64,000 nucleotides of DNA from Planctomycetota bacterium (lineage in GTDB: Bacteria; Planctomycetota; UBA8108; SXIK01), in NCBI GenBank assembly GCA_965223845.1, contig CBDCXR010000004.1, forward strand, positions 3,328,001 to 3,392,000. The letters run 5' to 3'. The first letter of the stretch is position 1, and every line of letters begins with the position of its first letter. The notes under the pieces were generated by a model that was not told the DNA's origin, did not search any database, and worked only from the letters and a program-made list of their open reading frames with translations. The position numbers and the translations under genes were made by a program. Positions 10,463-19,447 of this stretch are shown in pieces.

Positions 10463-10899
10463 TCGTGTGTCCGTTCAGGGCGTGGGGTGAAGGGCGGTTC
10501 GCTCGAGCGCGGCGGGCGGGAGGTCGAACGGCGACACTCGCGAGAACGCTCCAGCGAACGATCGTCTTTGAGCATCTCGTGTGCCGGCGTCCGCGCGTGG
10601 CGCGGAGACTACGCATCCCTTTCTCGATCAAAGACTTATGCGATCTCGCGCGGCGCTCCCCGCTAGGGCCCCGACCGCGGATCGTCCAAGACTGAGACGC
10701 GTTCCCCAAGCTCGCACCGAACCCCGTGCACAGTGGCGGATTGACTTTCGCCCGCGGGGTTCGTTGGATGCCGCTTCGGCCCGTAGCAGAGATCCGGTCG
10801 AGGCCGCCAGAAAGTGAAGAGGACGGTGAAGGGATGCGAGAGCGTTCTCGGGGGATCCGCCCGGCCCCTCGGCCGCGTGCCACGGGCGCGGACCATCGG

Positions 10900-13281
10900 A
10901 TGCCGGTGCGATGGGCGGCGCCGCTCATTCTCGCGCTCCTGTCCTGCGGGTTCGCTTCGAGCGTCGCAGCTCAGGAATTGCCGACGATTCGGATCATCAG
11001 CCGAATCTCGATCGAAGGGCTCCGGCGCGAATCCGAGGCGGACCTGCTCGCCAGCCTCCGCGAGCACATCCGAGTCGGCGACCCGTACTCGCCCGAAGTC
11101 GAGAGCCGCGTCGCGGGTCAGCTCTATCTGACGCAGAAATTTCGGCGCGTTCGTCTCAAGCAGCGCATCGAGCGCGAGGATAGCGTCGAGCTGATCTTCG
11201 AGGTCGAGGAGCGGCCGAGTGTTCTCGCACTCGCGTTCGAGGGGCGCCGGGCGCTCTCGGTAAAGCACTTGAAGACTACGGCGCCGGCGCTTCGCACGCG
11301 CGTCGGCTCGCTGTTCAACGAGTCTCACCTCGTTCAGGACGAAGAGGCGCTCGTCGACAAATACCACGAAGCCGGTTACGTGTTCGCGACGGTGAAGGCC
11401 GACGTTCAGTCGTCGCCCGAGGGAGTTCGAGTGCGCTTCGTGATCGATGAGGGCACGCGCGTACGCGTCCGCGAAGTTCGCTTCGAGGGCAATCACACGA
11501 TCAGCAGCTCGGAGCTGCGCGGAGTGATGTCGACGCGGAAGAAAGGTTGGCTGTTCGGCCTTCTCACCCCGGGGTTTTACGACTACGAAACCCTCGAGCG
11601 CGACCTCCGAAACATTCGCGCCTACTACGGCCGGCGCGGCTTCTTCGACGTCCGCGCCGAGCTGAAGAGCCTCGACTTCGACGACGCCATGGAGCGCCTG
11701 ACGATCACCGTCGCGATCAGCGAGGGTCAACAGTATCAGTTTCGCGGATATCGATTCCGCGGCAACGCCGTGTTTCCCACGTCCACGCTCGAAGATCTAA
11801 CTACGGGCGTCCCCGGCGAACCGTTCGACATGGAGACGGTTCAGCGGGATCGAGACGCGATCTTCAACTACTACGGAGACCGCGCGTACATCGAGGCCCA
11901 AGTCGAATTCGAGCCGAAGTTTCCGCTGGCTGGAACGTCGGTGTTCGTCGACTTCGACATCGAGGAGAACAACGAGATCTATATCGAGGAGGTCCGGATC
12001 CGCGGCAACGACAAGACGCGCGATCCGGTGATTCGACGGGAGCTCGAGTTCTTTCCCGGTGAGCGCGTCGACCGTTCGAAGATCGTCGAGAGTCGCTCAA
12101 ACCTCCACCGCCTCCAGTATTTCAACTCGGTTCAGTTCGACTACGAGCCCGGCTCGGCGCCGGGCAGCCGCCATGTCGTCGTGAACGTCGAGGAAGAGTC
12201 GACGGGCCGGCTGATTCTCGGGTTCGGAGTGACGAGCGGCTTCGGCGTGATCGGGAACTTCAGCATCTCGAAGCGCAACTTCGACATCACCGACTTTCCC
12301 GACTCGTTCTACGACATCCCGGACTCATTCACCGGCGCGGGTCAGACGCTGAACCTCGCCGCGCAGCCGGGAACGCGGCGGTCCCTCTATCGATTCAGCC
12401 TCACCGAGCCGTATCTCTTCAACACTCGGAACTCGCTCACCGTGACCGCGTCGAAGCTCACCGTGATCCGCCGCGATTACGATGAAGACCGCGCGAGCTT
12501 CGCCCCGCGAGTCGGCCACCGCTTCGACTTCGATCGAGATTTCGTCGTCTCGATGGGAGGCAGGATCGAAGACGTCGAAATCCGGCGGATCGAGGCCGAC
12601 GCTCCTCAAGCCGCGTTCGATGCCGACGGTCACACGACCGTGGTGGCGCTGAGCGCCGGAGTCGATCACGACAAAGTGCTCTACGAATACCTCGAGGGAC
12701 CGTACGACGGCACTCTGAGCAGCGTGCTCTACGAGTACGCCGGCGGATTCCTCGGCGGCGAGGTCGACTTTCACAAGCTCGAAACGACGAACGAGTTTTA
12801 CTTTCCGCTCTACGTTTATCAAAGCGGTCCCGACACCCTCCACCACGTGGTCTCACTCAAAAATCGCTTCGGATGGATCGAACCGCACGAGAAAGACGAC
12901 GACATCCCGATCTTCGAGCGGTTCTTCCTCGGGGGGCCGAACAGCGTACGCGGATTCCGCTTTCGCGGCATGGGACCGCACGAAGGCTCTGACCCCGTCG
13001 GAGGGACCGCGATGGTTTGGGGAAACCTCGAGTACAGCTTCCCGATCGTGCAGAAGATGCTCCGCGGTGTCCTCTTCGTCGACTACGGCAACCTCGCGCC
13101 GACGATCTCCCGCCTCGACGTGTTCGATCGGATGCGCGTCGTCGTGGGCGGCGGCCTGCGTCTCAACTTTCCGTTCCTCGGCCAGCCGATACCCATCGGG
13201 CTCTACCTCGGCACTCCGCTCCGCGACGAGCCGGAGGATCGCACACGAGTTTTTCTCTTCACGATCGGCGCCAGGTTCTGA
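10900..13281 (+). CDS. bamA: Outer membrane protein assembly factor BamA
   Basis: Signal peptide, POTRA repeats (FEGN, IRGNDKTRDPVIRREL), ERFFLGGPNSVRGF motif, C-terminal Phe; start at 10900 inferred from the signal peptide. Confidence 0.92.
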   Translation: MPVRWAAPLILALLSCGFASSVAAQELPTIRIISRISIEGLRRESEADLLASLREHIRVGDPYSPEVESRVAGQLYLTQKFRRVRLKQRIEREDSVELIFEVEERPSVLALAFEGRRALSVKHLKTTAPALRTRVGSLFNESHLVQDEEALVDKYHEAGYVFATVKADVQSSPEGVRVRFVIDEGTRVRVREVRFEGNHTISSSELRGVMSTRKKGWLFGLLTPGFYDYETLERDLRNIRAYYGRRGFFDVRAELKSLDFDDAMERLTITVAISEGQQYQFRGYRFRGNAVFPTSTLEDLTTGVPGEPFDMETVQRDRDAIFNYYGDRAYIEAQVEFEPKFPLAGTSVFVDFDIEENNEIYIEEVRIRGNDKTRDPVIRRELEFFPGERVDRSKIVESRSNLHRLQYFNSVQFDYEPGSAPGSRHVVVNVEEESTGRLILGFGVTSGFGVIGNFSISKRNFDITDFPDSFYDIPDSFTGAGQTLNLAAQPGTRRSLYRFSLTEPYLFNTRNSLTVTASKLTVIRRDYDEDRASFAPRVGHRFDFDRDFVVSMGGRIEDVEIRRIEADAPQAAFDADGHTTVVALSAGVDHDKVLYEYLEGPYDGTLSSVLYEYAGGFLGGEVDFHKLETTNEFYFPLYVYQSGPDTLHHVVSLKNRFGWIEPHEKDDDIPIFERFFLGGPNSVRGFRFRGMGPHEGSDPVGGTAMVWGNLEYSFPIVQKMLRGVLFVDYGNLAPTISRLDVFDRMRVVVGGGLRLNFPFLGQPIPIGLYLGTPLRDEPEDRTRVFLFTIGARF

Positions 13282-13492
13282 CGAGCTTCACCCGCTCGCG
13301 GCAAGATCCCGCGATCGAACGCGACGGGCCGATCGAAAGCCGGCGGTCGCGCCTGCGACTGGTATAATCGCCCTGGCCGCGGCCCGAGCGTCACTCGTCG
13401 GAGACGACGGGAAGAGCCTCGCCGCCGGCGCGTCTCAACCGCAGAGTTGAGCAAGTCTGACGAACCGCGTCTGTTCGGGGGATGGACTCACG

Positions 13493-14992
13493 ATGTCGAA
13501 GCATTTGCGACCGCAATTCGTCGCGTTCCTGTTCACCTTCGCGGCTCTCTCGCCGTCGACGGTCTCGGCTCAGAACGATCCGCCGAGCGCCGACGACGCC
13601 CCCAGCGGCGATTCGTCCGCGGCAAACGACAAGACGCGCCTCGCGGAATACATCAAGCGCTGGATCGCCACGCCACCGCGCCGCGCTGACGCTCAAGTCG
13701 CGCTCGCGGAGTGGTGCCAGACGCAAGGCCTCGCGGGCCGCGCCCGTGAGCATTTCGAGAAGGCGATCGCGATCGATTCCGATTGCAAGGCCGCTCGCAC
13801 CGCGCTCGGGTACGAACGCTACGGCACCGAGTGGCGGCGAAAGGGCGAGCGTCCCGCCGCTCGGATCTCGGCGGCAACGACGGGCAGCTCCTCGTCGACG
13901 TCCGGGACGAGACCTCGCACCGAGTCGAAACCGCCCCCGACCGAAACGGCGACGGCGAGTGCGGAAACCGTCGCGCGAGAGGCAGCGGACACCGCGGACG
14001 CCGCGACCGTCGAGGTGGTGAGCCCGTCCTCTCGACTCGAGGAGAAGAAGAAGTGGGCCGCGGCGGCTGCCGAGCGATTCGGCATCCGATTTCAGACCTT
14101 CGAGAGCAGCGACTTTCTGATCCATTCGACCCTCGCAAAGGGCGACAAGCCCTTCAAGGATCTCGTGGCCCATCTCAAGCATCTAAAGTCCACCCTCGCT
14201 TCGGTGATCGGGCGCGAGAAGACGGTTTGGCCGGCGAAACTGCAGCTCGTTCTCCTTCGCTCGGAGCCCGAGTACGAGCGCTTCGCACTCAACATCGACG
14301 GCGTCAAATCGGCGCGCAACCCGGAAGGATCCTATACGCAGGGCGAACACACCGTGCTGTGGAAGCCTCACAGCGAGAAGCTTCCGATCGTCGTCGGGGC
14401 GACCGCGGTCGAAGAGTTCGGCGAGCCGACCCGCTGGGTCGGCTGGTGGCTGCGAGACGGGATCGCAGAGCTCGTTCTCGCGCGAAGCGCGGTCGGTCAG
14501 CGCGATCTCCACTACGAGACGACTTTTCTCAGCGCGGCGGAGGAGCTCGCCGAAGACGGCGACGGAACGCGGGTGTATCAGCTTCTCGAGACGCCCGAGA
14601 ATCAAGGAAGGCGAGCGCAGGGGAACGAAGCGCTCGCGATGACGTTGGTCGATTTTCTCGTGCGCAAGAGTGGCCGAGGGTTCGCGCAGTTCCTACGGAC
14701 GATGAAGTCGACGGACGCGCCCGCTCTGCCCGCGGACGAAGCGGAGTTCGATACCTATTTCGCCGCGTACGTCGCGTTCCAGGAGAAGGCGCTCGCGAAG
14801 CACCTCCGAATGTCCGGCGCCGAGCTCAATCAGCGCTGGAAGGCGTACGTCGGGGCGGTCGCGGCGAAGGCGGAGAAGACGATCGAAGCCGCCGAGAAGG
14901 AAGCGGAGCGGAAGGAGAACGAGAGGCGCGACCGAGACCGCGATCGCGGGGGCCGGCGGGGAGGGCGCGGCCGCGGCGGCGATCGGCGCTGA
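13493..14992 (+). CDS. Secreted hypothetical protein (TPR-like N-terminal motif, degenerate gluzincin-like C-terminal domain)
   Basis: Signal peptide ending VSA-Q; LAEWC...GL...A..HFE..IAID.D...AR.ALGY motif; WWLRDGIAE resembles the W..EG.AE motif but there is no HExxH. Confidence 0.6.
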   Translation: MSKHLRPQFVAFLFTFAALSPSTVSAQNDPPSADDAPSGDSSAANDKTRLAEYIKRWIATPPRRADAQVALAEWCQTQGLAGRAREHFEKAIAIDSDCKAARTALGYERYGTEWRRKGERPAARISAATTGSSSSTSGTRPRTESKPPPTETATASAETVAREAADTADAATVEVVSPSSRLEEKKKWAAAAAERFGIRFQTFESSDFLIHSTLAKGDKPFKDLVAHLKHLKSTLASVIGREKTVWPAKLQLVLLRSEPEYERFALNIDGVKSARNPEGSYTQGEHTVLWKPHSEKLPIVVGATAVEEFGEPTRWVGWWLRDGIAELVLARSAVGQRDLHYETTFLSAAEELAEDGDGTRVYQLLETPENQGRRAQGNEALAMTLVDFLVRKSGRGFAQFLRTMKSTDAPALPADEAEFDTYFAAYVAFQEKALAKHLRMSGAELNQRWKAYVGAVAAKAEKTIEAAEKEAERKENERRDRDRDRGGRRGGRGRGGDRR

Positions 14993-15061
14993 CGCGAAGG
15001 CTCGGTACTCGCAGGTTCGCCCAAACGGTAGGTGGCGACCCCGCGTCCGCGGAATCGTCCT

Positions 15062-15898
15062 TCAGCTCGTCTGCCAGTCGATCGCGCCGCGAAGCGATTC
15101 GTCCACCTGTTCTTCGAAGAGCTGCTCGAAGTCGTCGCGATCGTATTCCCGCGGAGCGCGGAATACGAAGACGATGTTGTTCTTGAGGAAGCTCTTCTTC
15201 TCACTCATCACGACACAGCTCTCGTTCTCGAGAAGGTCGCGATAGGTGCTCGCAGCGTCGGCGAGTTTTTCCGGCGCGAGGCCCTTGACGGTCAGCTTGT
15301 AGGCGCTGCTCCGCTCGAGAGCGATGATGAGAAGAAACGCGAACGCGGCGGCGAGCACGCCGACGTGCGGAATATCGAGTCCACAGCAGAGACCGACACA
15401 GGTAACGAGGATCACGCGCCCGGTATCCTTCGCCGCACCGACGTCGGTTCGGAATCGCATCAATCCCCCGATGCCGAAGAGGACGAAGGCGTAGACGGAA
15501 CCGAGAAGGGCGATCCTCCCGGCGATCGCGCCGACGACCGCGTACATGATGTAAGTCTTGGGAGACTCGAGCTCCTCGAGGCTACGCGCCTTGCCGTAGC
15601 TCCACGGGTGGTAGGCGATCACGGCCGCGAGGAGCGCCGCGAGACCGAGTGCCACGAGAAGCTGCAAGACTCGGGGAGCATCGAGAAGCTTCGAAAGGGG
15701 AGCGACGACATCCTCCCACTTCACCTCGTCCGGCGAACCGCCCGCAACAGCCTGCGCTTGGACGACCGGAAGAGGGTTGGCCGCAGCTTCCGCCTGCGCT
15801 TCGACCGGCGGCAGCCCATCGGTCACCGAAGCGGCGAGACTCAAGAGGACGGACAGTCCGGCGATGATCGCGACGATCGCGGGGAGGGACGGTCTCAT
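15062..15898 (-). CDS. DUF4956/MgtC-like membrane protein
   Basis: Several TM helices; AFVLFGIGGLMRFRT...KDT...VGLCCG pattern. Confidence 0.6.
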   Translation of the reverse strand: MRPSLPAIVAIIAGLSVLLSLAASVTDGLPPVEAQAEAAANPLPVVQAQAVAGGSPDEVKWEDVVAPLSKLLDAPRVLQLLVALGLAALLAAVIAYHPWSYGKARSLEELESPKTYIMYAVVGAIAGRIALLGSVYAFVLFGIGGLMRFRTDVGAAKDTGRVILVTCVGLCCGLDIPHVGVLAAAFAFLLIIALERSSAYKLTVKGLAPEKLADAASTYRDLLENESCVVMSEKKSFLKNNIVFVFRAPREYDRDDFEQLFEEQVDESLRGAIDWQTS

Positions 15899-16125
15899 GG
15901 GGTCTATTACCGAGGGGGCGACGGATCGCTCGAGGCCGCGCGGCGAGGCCTCTCCCGCCGGGACGACCGCTGCCGCAGGTTGCGGCAGAGAAACTACTTA
16001 TGCCTTCATAATACCGCGTCACCGACGCGGGGGGAACCGGAGGCATGAGCTCCGGGCGGAGCTTCCTTCGGGAGCGACCGCCACCGACCCGTGCCGGCGG
16101 GTTGCCGCCATAACGGCCCCCCGAA

Positions 16126-18228
16126 CTAGGCACCGCCGACCCAGGAGACGTCGTCGAAACTGATCTCGACGGCCACCTCGCCGAGAACCACGGTGAGACG
16201 ACGTCCGCCCTTATCGATCTTTCGGACGGTACCTCGCTCGCGGAACTTCGGCACGAAGACTTCGTCGCCCTTCTTGAGGGAGCGTGCGAAGTCCTCGCGG
16301 CGCTCCCCGAGGGGCGTCGCTCGAAGCAGCTCGTCGATCGCTCCACGAAGCTCGTCGATCGCCGCTCGGTGTGCCTTCGGAACGTTTTGCATGCGACCGA
16401 CGAGCGCGAGCAGTCTCTCTCGAGCCGAACGCATCGTTCCGTCGAGTTGATCCTCGAACTCGCGGCGAAGGCTCTCGCGCTCCCGCTCGACGTCGCGCCG
16501 CTTCTCCTCGTACTCCTTACGCTCGCCCTGCGCTCTCCTTCGCGCCCGCTCCGTGCGCTGCTTCTCGCGCTCGATGCGTCGCCGCGTTCTCTCCATGCCG
16601 CGGAGGACGTCGCGAGTTGGCTCCTCGACGGCGTCGACGGATTTCTCCGCGGCCGCCACGAGCTCACGATCGACCCCGAGGCGCTTCGCGATCGCGAGCG
16701 CCATCGATCGCCCGGGAACTCCGGAAAGGAGGCGGTAGGTCGGCCGGAGCGACGCTTCGTCGAACTCCATCGCCGCGTTCTCCGCCCCCTCCCGCTGAAA
16801 GGCGAATTCTTTGAGACTCCCGAGATGCGTCGTCACGATCGTGTGCCACCCTCGCTCGAGTGCCTTGTCGAGAAGGGCTTCGCCGAGCGCCGCCCCCTCG
16901 AGCGGATCGGTGCCCGCGCCGAGCTCATCGAGAAGAACGAGCGACCGTTCTCCCGCATCGCGAAGGATCGTCACGATCTGCTTCAAGTGCGACGAAAACG
17001 TGCTCAAGCTCTGCTCGATGCTCTGTTCGTCGCCGATGTCGGCGAAGACTCCCTCGTAGACCGGTACCCGCGATCCCGCCGCCGTCGCGATCGGGATCCC
17101 ACTCAGTGCGAGGAGCACGCTCAAACCCGCGGTCTTGAGCGCTACGGTCTTTCCGCCGGTATTGGGTCCCGTGACCGTGAGCAGACGGTAGTGCTCGCCG
17201 AGGCGAAGACTCAGAGGGACGACCTTTGCGCGGACCTCGTCGATGTCGACGTCGCGGTGGTCCTTCGTTCGGTCGCGGGAAAGCCACAGGAGATACGGGT
17301 GACGGGCGTCTCGGAGATCGAGGACCTTCTGCCGCGTGATCTCGGGTGCGACGAGCCCGAACGAGTCCGCGTACGAGGCCTTCGCGTAAACAAAGTCGAT
17401 CCAACCGACGCGAGACTGAATGACGCGCAGTGTTTCCCGCTCCGCGAGCACGTCGCGAGTGAGCTCGCGGAGGATGCGCTGCTCCTCGTCCCGCGCGCGA
17501 TCGAGCGCATCGACGAGTTCGTCGCCCCGACTCGTCAGATCCTCCGGTTCGACGTAGAGCGTCGCCCCCGAATGCGAACGATCGCGAATCGGACCTCGCA
17601 GCCACGATCGATACTCCGACCGCACGGGCACGCAGTAGCGATCGTTCTTGAGCACGGGCCCGCCGCCCGAAAACGCCGCCCGAAGCTTGCCGTCGGCGAG
17701 GATGCGCTGAACGCGGGTGCGCAACTCCTCACGGAGACGCGCGACTCGCGCGCGGAGCTCGGCGAGTCGGTCGGACGCCTCATCGCGAACTCCGTCCCGC
17801 GGGTCGATCTTCTCGGGGATCCCCTCTCGAAGAGCCGGGAGGTCCTCGATCGTCTCTGCGAACCGTGCGAGCTCTGGCGTCAGAGACGAATCAGACGTCA
17901 GCGCAGCACGCAGCTGGATTCCGGCGCGAAGAAGATCGACGACATGGTAGAGCTCGTCCGGCTCCGCGGTCCGTCCGTGATCGGCGACGGCCTCGAGCTC
18001 CGATGCGACATCGCGCGCGCCGGCGAGAGGAAGGCGCGAGCGAGCGAGGAGCGCCCGCATCTCTTCGGTCTCGGCGAGCTCGCGCACGATCGTGTCGACG
18101 TCCGTTCGCGGCTCGAGCGCCTGCGCGACTCTCCGGCCGAGGACGCTCGCCGCGTAAGACGCGAGGACTTCGCGCATGCGGTCGTACTCGAGCACGCGCA
18201 GCGCGTGCTCACTCGATCCCGACACCAT
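16126..18228 (-). CDS. mutS2: MutS2 family ATPase lacking the C-terminal Smr domain
   Basis: LRVLEY N-terminus, SHSGATLYVEP, Walker A TGPNTGGKT, DIGDEQSIEQSLSTFSSH, LLDELGAGTDP.EG.ALG, TTH, coiled coil and terminal KOW-like segment. Confidence 0.92.
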   Translation of the reverse strand: MVSGSSEHALRVLEYDRMREVLASYAASVLGRRVAQALEPRTDVDTIVRELAETEEMRALLARSRLPLAGARDVASELEAVADHGRTAEPDELYHVVDLLRAGIQLRAALTSDSSLTPELARFAETIEDLPALREGIPEKIDPRDGVRDEASDRLAELRARVARLREELRTRVQRILADGKLRAAFSGGGPVLKNDRYCVPVRSEYRSWLRGPIRDRSHSGATLYVEPEDLTSRGDELVDALDRARDEEQRILRELTRDVLAERETLRVIQSRVGWIDFVYAKASYADSFGLVAPEITRQKVLDLRDARHPYLLWLSRDRTKDHRDVDIDEVRAKVVPLSLRLGEHYRLLTVTGPNTGGKTVALKTAGLSVLLALSGIPIATAAGSRVPVYEGVFADIGDEQSIEQSLSTFSSHLKQIVTILRDAGERSLVLLDELGAGTDPLEGAALGEALLDKALERGWHTIVTTHLGSLKEFAFQREGAENAAMEFDEASLRPTYRLLSGVPGRSMALAIAKRLGVDRELVAAAEKSVDAVEEPTRDVLRGMERTRRRIEREKQRTERARRRAQGERKEYEEKRRDVERERESLRREFEDQLDGTMRSARERLLALVGRMQNVPKAHRAAIDELRGAIDELLRATPLGERREDFARSLKKGDEVFVPKFRERGTVRKIDKGGRRLTVVLGEVAVEISFDDVSWVGGA

Positions 18229-18330
18229 GGCGTCACCAGGGACGGATCGACGCGCACGGCTCGCGGCGAAGACCGCCGGCGCCGTCGAGACGCGAGGACC
18301 TCCCTTTCGGCTGGCACGCGCCCGCGAGCA

Positions 18331-18567
18331 TCACGCCTCGAGCTGGCGAACGAGCTCGCTCACTTCGCCCTCCTCGGGGAACCGCCCCACCTCCTGCTTG
18401 CTGAATACCGACGTGTCCCCGACTTTGACCAGGAAGATTCCCCCACCGCCCTTCACGAGCTTCGGCTGGACGCCGAAGTTCGATTCGAGTTCCGCGGCCA
18501 CACTGACCGCGCGCGGCTTGAAGTTTCACTGTACGCAGTACTCGATCGAGATCGCGAGTTCGCTCAT
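18331..18567 (-). CDS. SelW/SelT/SelH (Rdx family) selenoprotein, 78 aa, Sec at codon 14 (TGA 18528-18526)
   Basis: Hand translation MSELAISIEYCVQ-U-NFKPRAVSVAAELESNFGVQPKLVKGGGGIFLVKVGDTSVFSKQEVGRFPEEGEVSELVRQLEA; Rdx hallmarks IEYCxxU, PRA, GGIF.V, FSK, GRFP; GGAGGAGA RBS; fills the eda-mutS2 gap; absent from the ORF track. Confidence 0.9.
18493..18511 (-). promoter_or_regulatory. Candidate bacterial SECIS element
   Basis: Minus-strand CGCGGUCA-GUG-UGGCCGCG 8-bp stem; apical loop begins with G, 22 nt downstream of the in-frame UGA. Confidence 0.7.
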
Positions 18568-18588
18568 CTCTCCTCCAGATCCAAAAGG

Positions 18589-19275
18589 CTAGTTCGCGGT
18601 GGATTCAGTTTTCGCCGCGCGGATCCACCCGAGCAGCTTCGACGTCCGTTCGGTGATCGTCTCGAAGCTCCCGCTCGCAACGACGTCCTTGCTGACGAGC
18701 GCGGACCCGATGCCGACCGCGACGGCGCCGGCTCGAATCCACGACTGAACACTCTCCGCCGAGTACGCGACACCGCCGGTCGGCATCAGCGACGACCACG
18801 GCGACGGCCCGAGGACGGAATTGATGAACGTCGGTCCGCCGAGCGCGTCGGCAGGAAAGACCTTGATCACCTCGCAGCCGAGTTCCTCCGCCGCGGCGAT
18901 CTCGCTCGCGCTTCCGCACCCCGGTAGCACCGGTACCTTCCGCCGATTGCACGTCCGGATCACGTCCGCCGACAGAACCGGCGTGACGATGAAATCGGCG
19001 CCGAGCGAAAGATAGAGGGCAGCCGTCGCCGCGTCGCTGATCGTGCCCACGCCGACGATCGCGTCGGGAAGCTCGTCGCGGCAGGCTCGAACCATATCCG
19101 AGAACACGTTCGGGGCGCCATCACCGCGGTTCGTAAACTCGATGACCCTCGAGCCGCCGGCGTGGATCGCCCGCGCGATCTCGATCGCGGTCGGCGCATC
19201 CGCTTGATAAAAGATCGGAACGAGACCGTCGCCTGCGATGGTTTGCAGCGTCTCGAGTCGTCGAAACCTTGCCAT
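18589..19275 (-). CDS. eda: KDPG/KHG aldolase
   Basis: GG.RVIEFTNR, GVGTI.D, GADFIVTP, PGCGSASEI..AEELGCE.IKVFP, LMPTGGV. Confidence 0.92.
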   Translation of the reverse strand: MARFRRLETLQTIAGDGLVPIFYQADAPTAIEIARAIHAGGSRVIEFTNRGDGAPNVFSDMVRACRDELPDAIVGVGTISDAATAALYLSLGADFIVTPVLSADVIRTCNRRKVPVLPGCGSASEIAAAEELGCEVIKVFPADALGGPTFINSVLGPSPWSSLMPTGGVAYSAESVQSWIRAGAVAVGIGSALVSKDVVASGSFETITERTSKLLGWIRAAKTESTAN

Positions 19276-19447
19276 GATCGATCTTCACGTTCGAGAGGGA
19301 TCGGTCCCGGTCCGGCGTGGGCCGGGTGCGCGCGAACAAGTCGGAGAGTATAGCGAACGCGCTGCGACGCGGCCATAGACCGCACTCCCGCGCGACGGGC
19401 TTCCGATCTCCCTCGCACATCGCGCTCACCTCGCTATACTGCCGCGC

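Noticed and set aside
18233-18529. 98-aa minus-strand ORF from the track
   Set aside because: Wrong frame; the Rdx selenoprotein frame (18567-18331) explains the region
16369-18927. Long antisense ORFs (852 aa here; also 1541-3271, 26000-27940, 30593-32329, 41807-43330, 61389-63074)
   Set aside because: Shadow frames opposite well-supported genes, as expected in high-GC DNA
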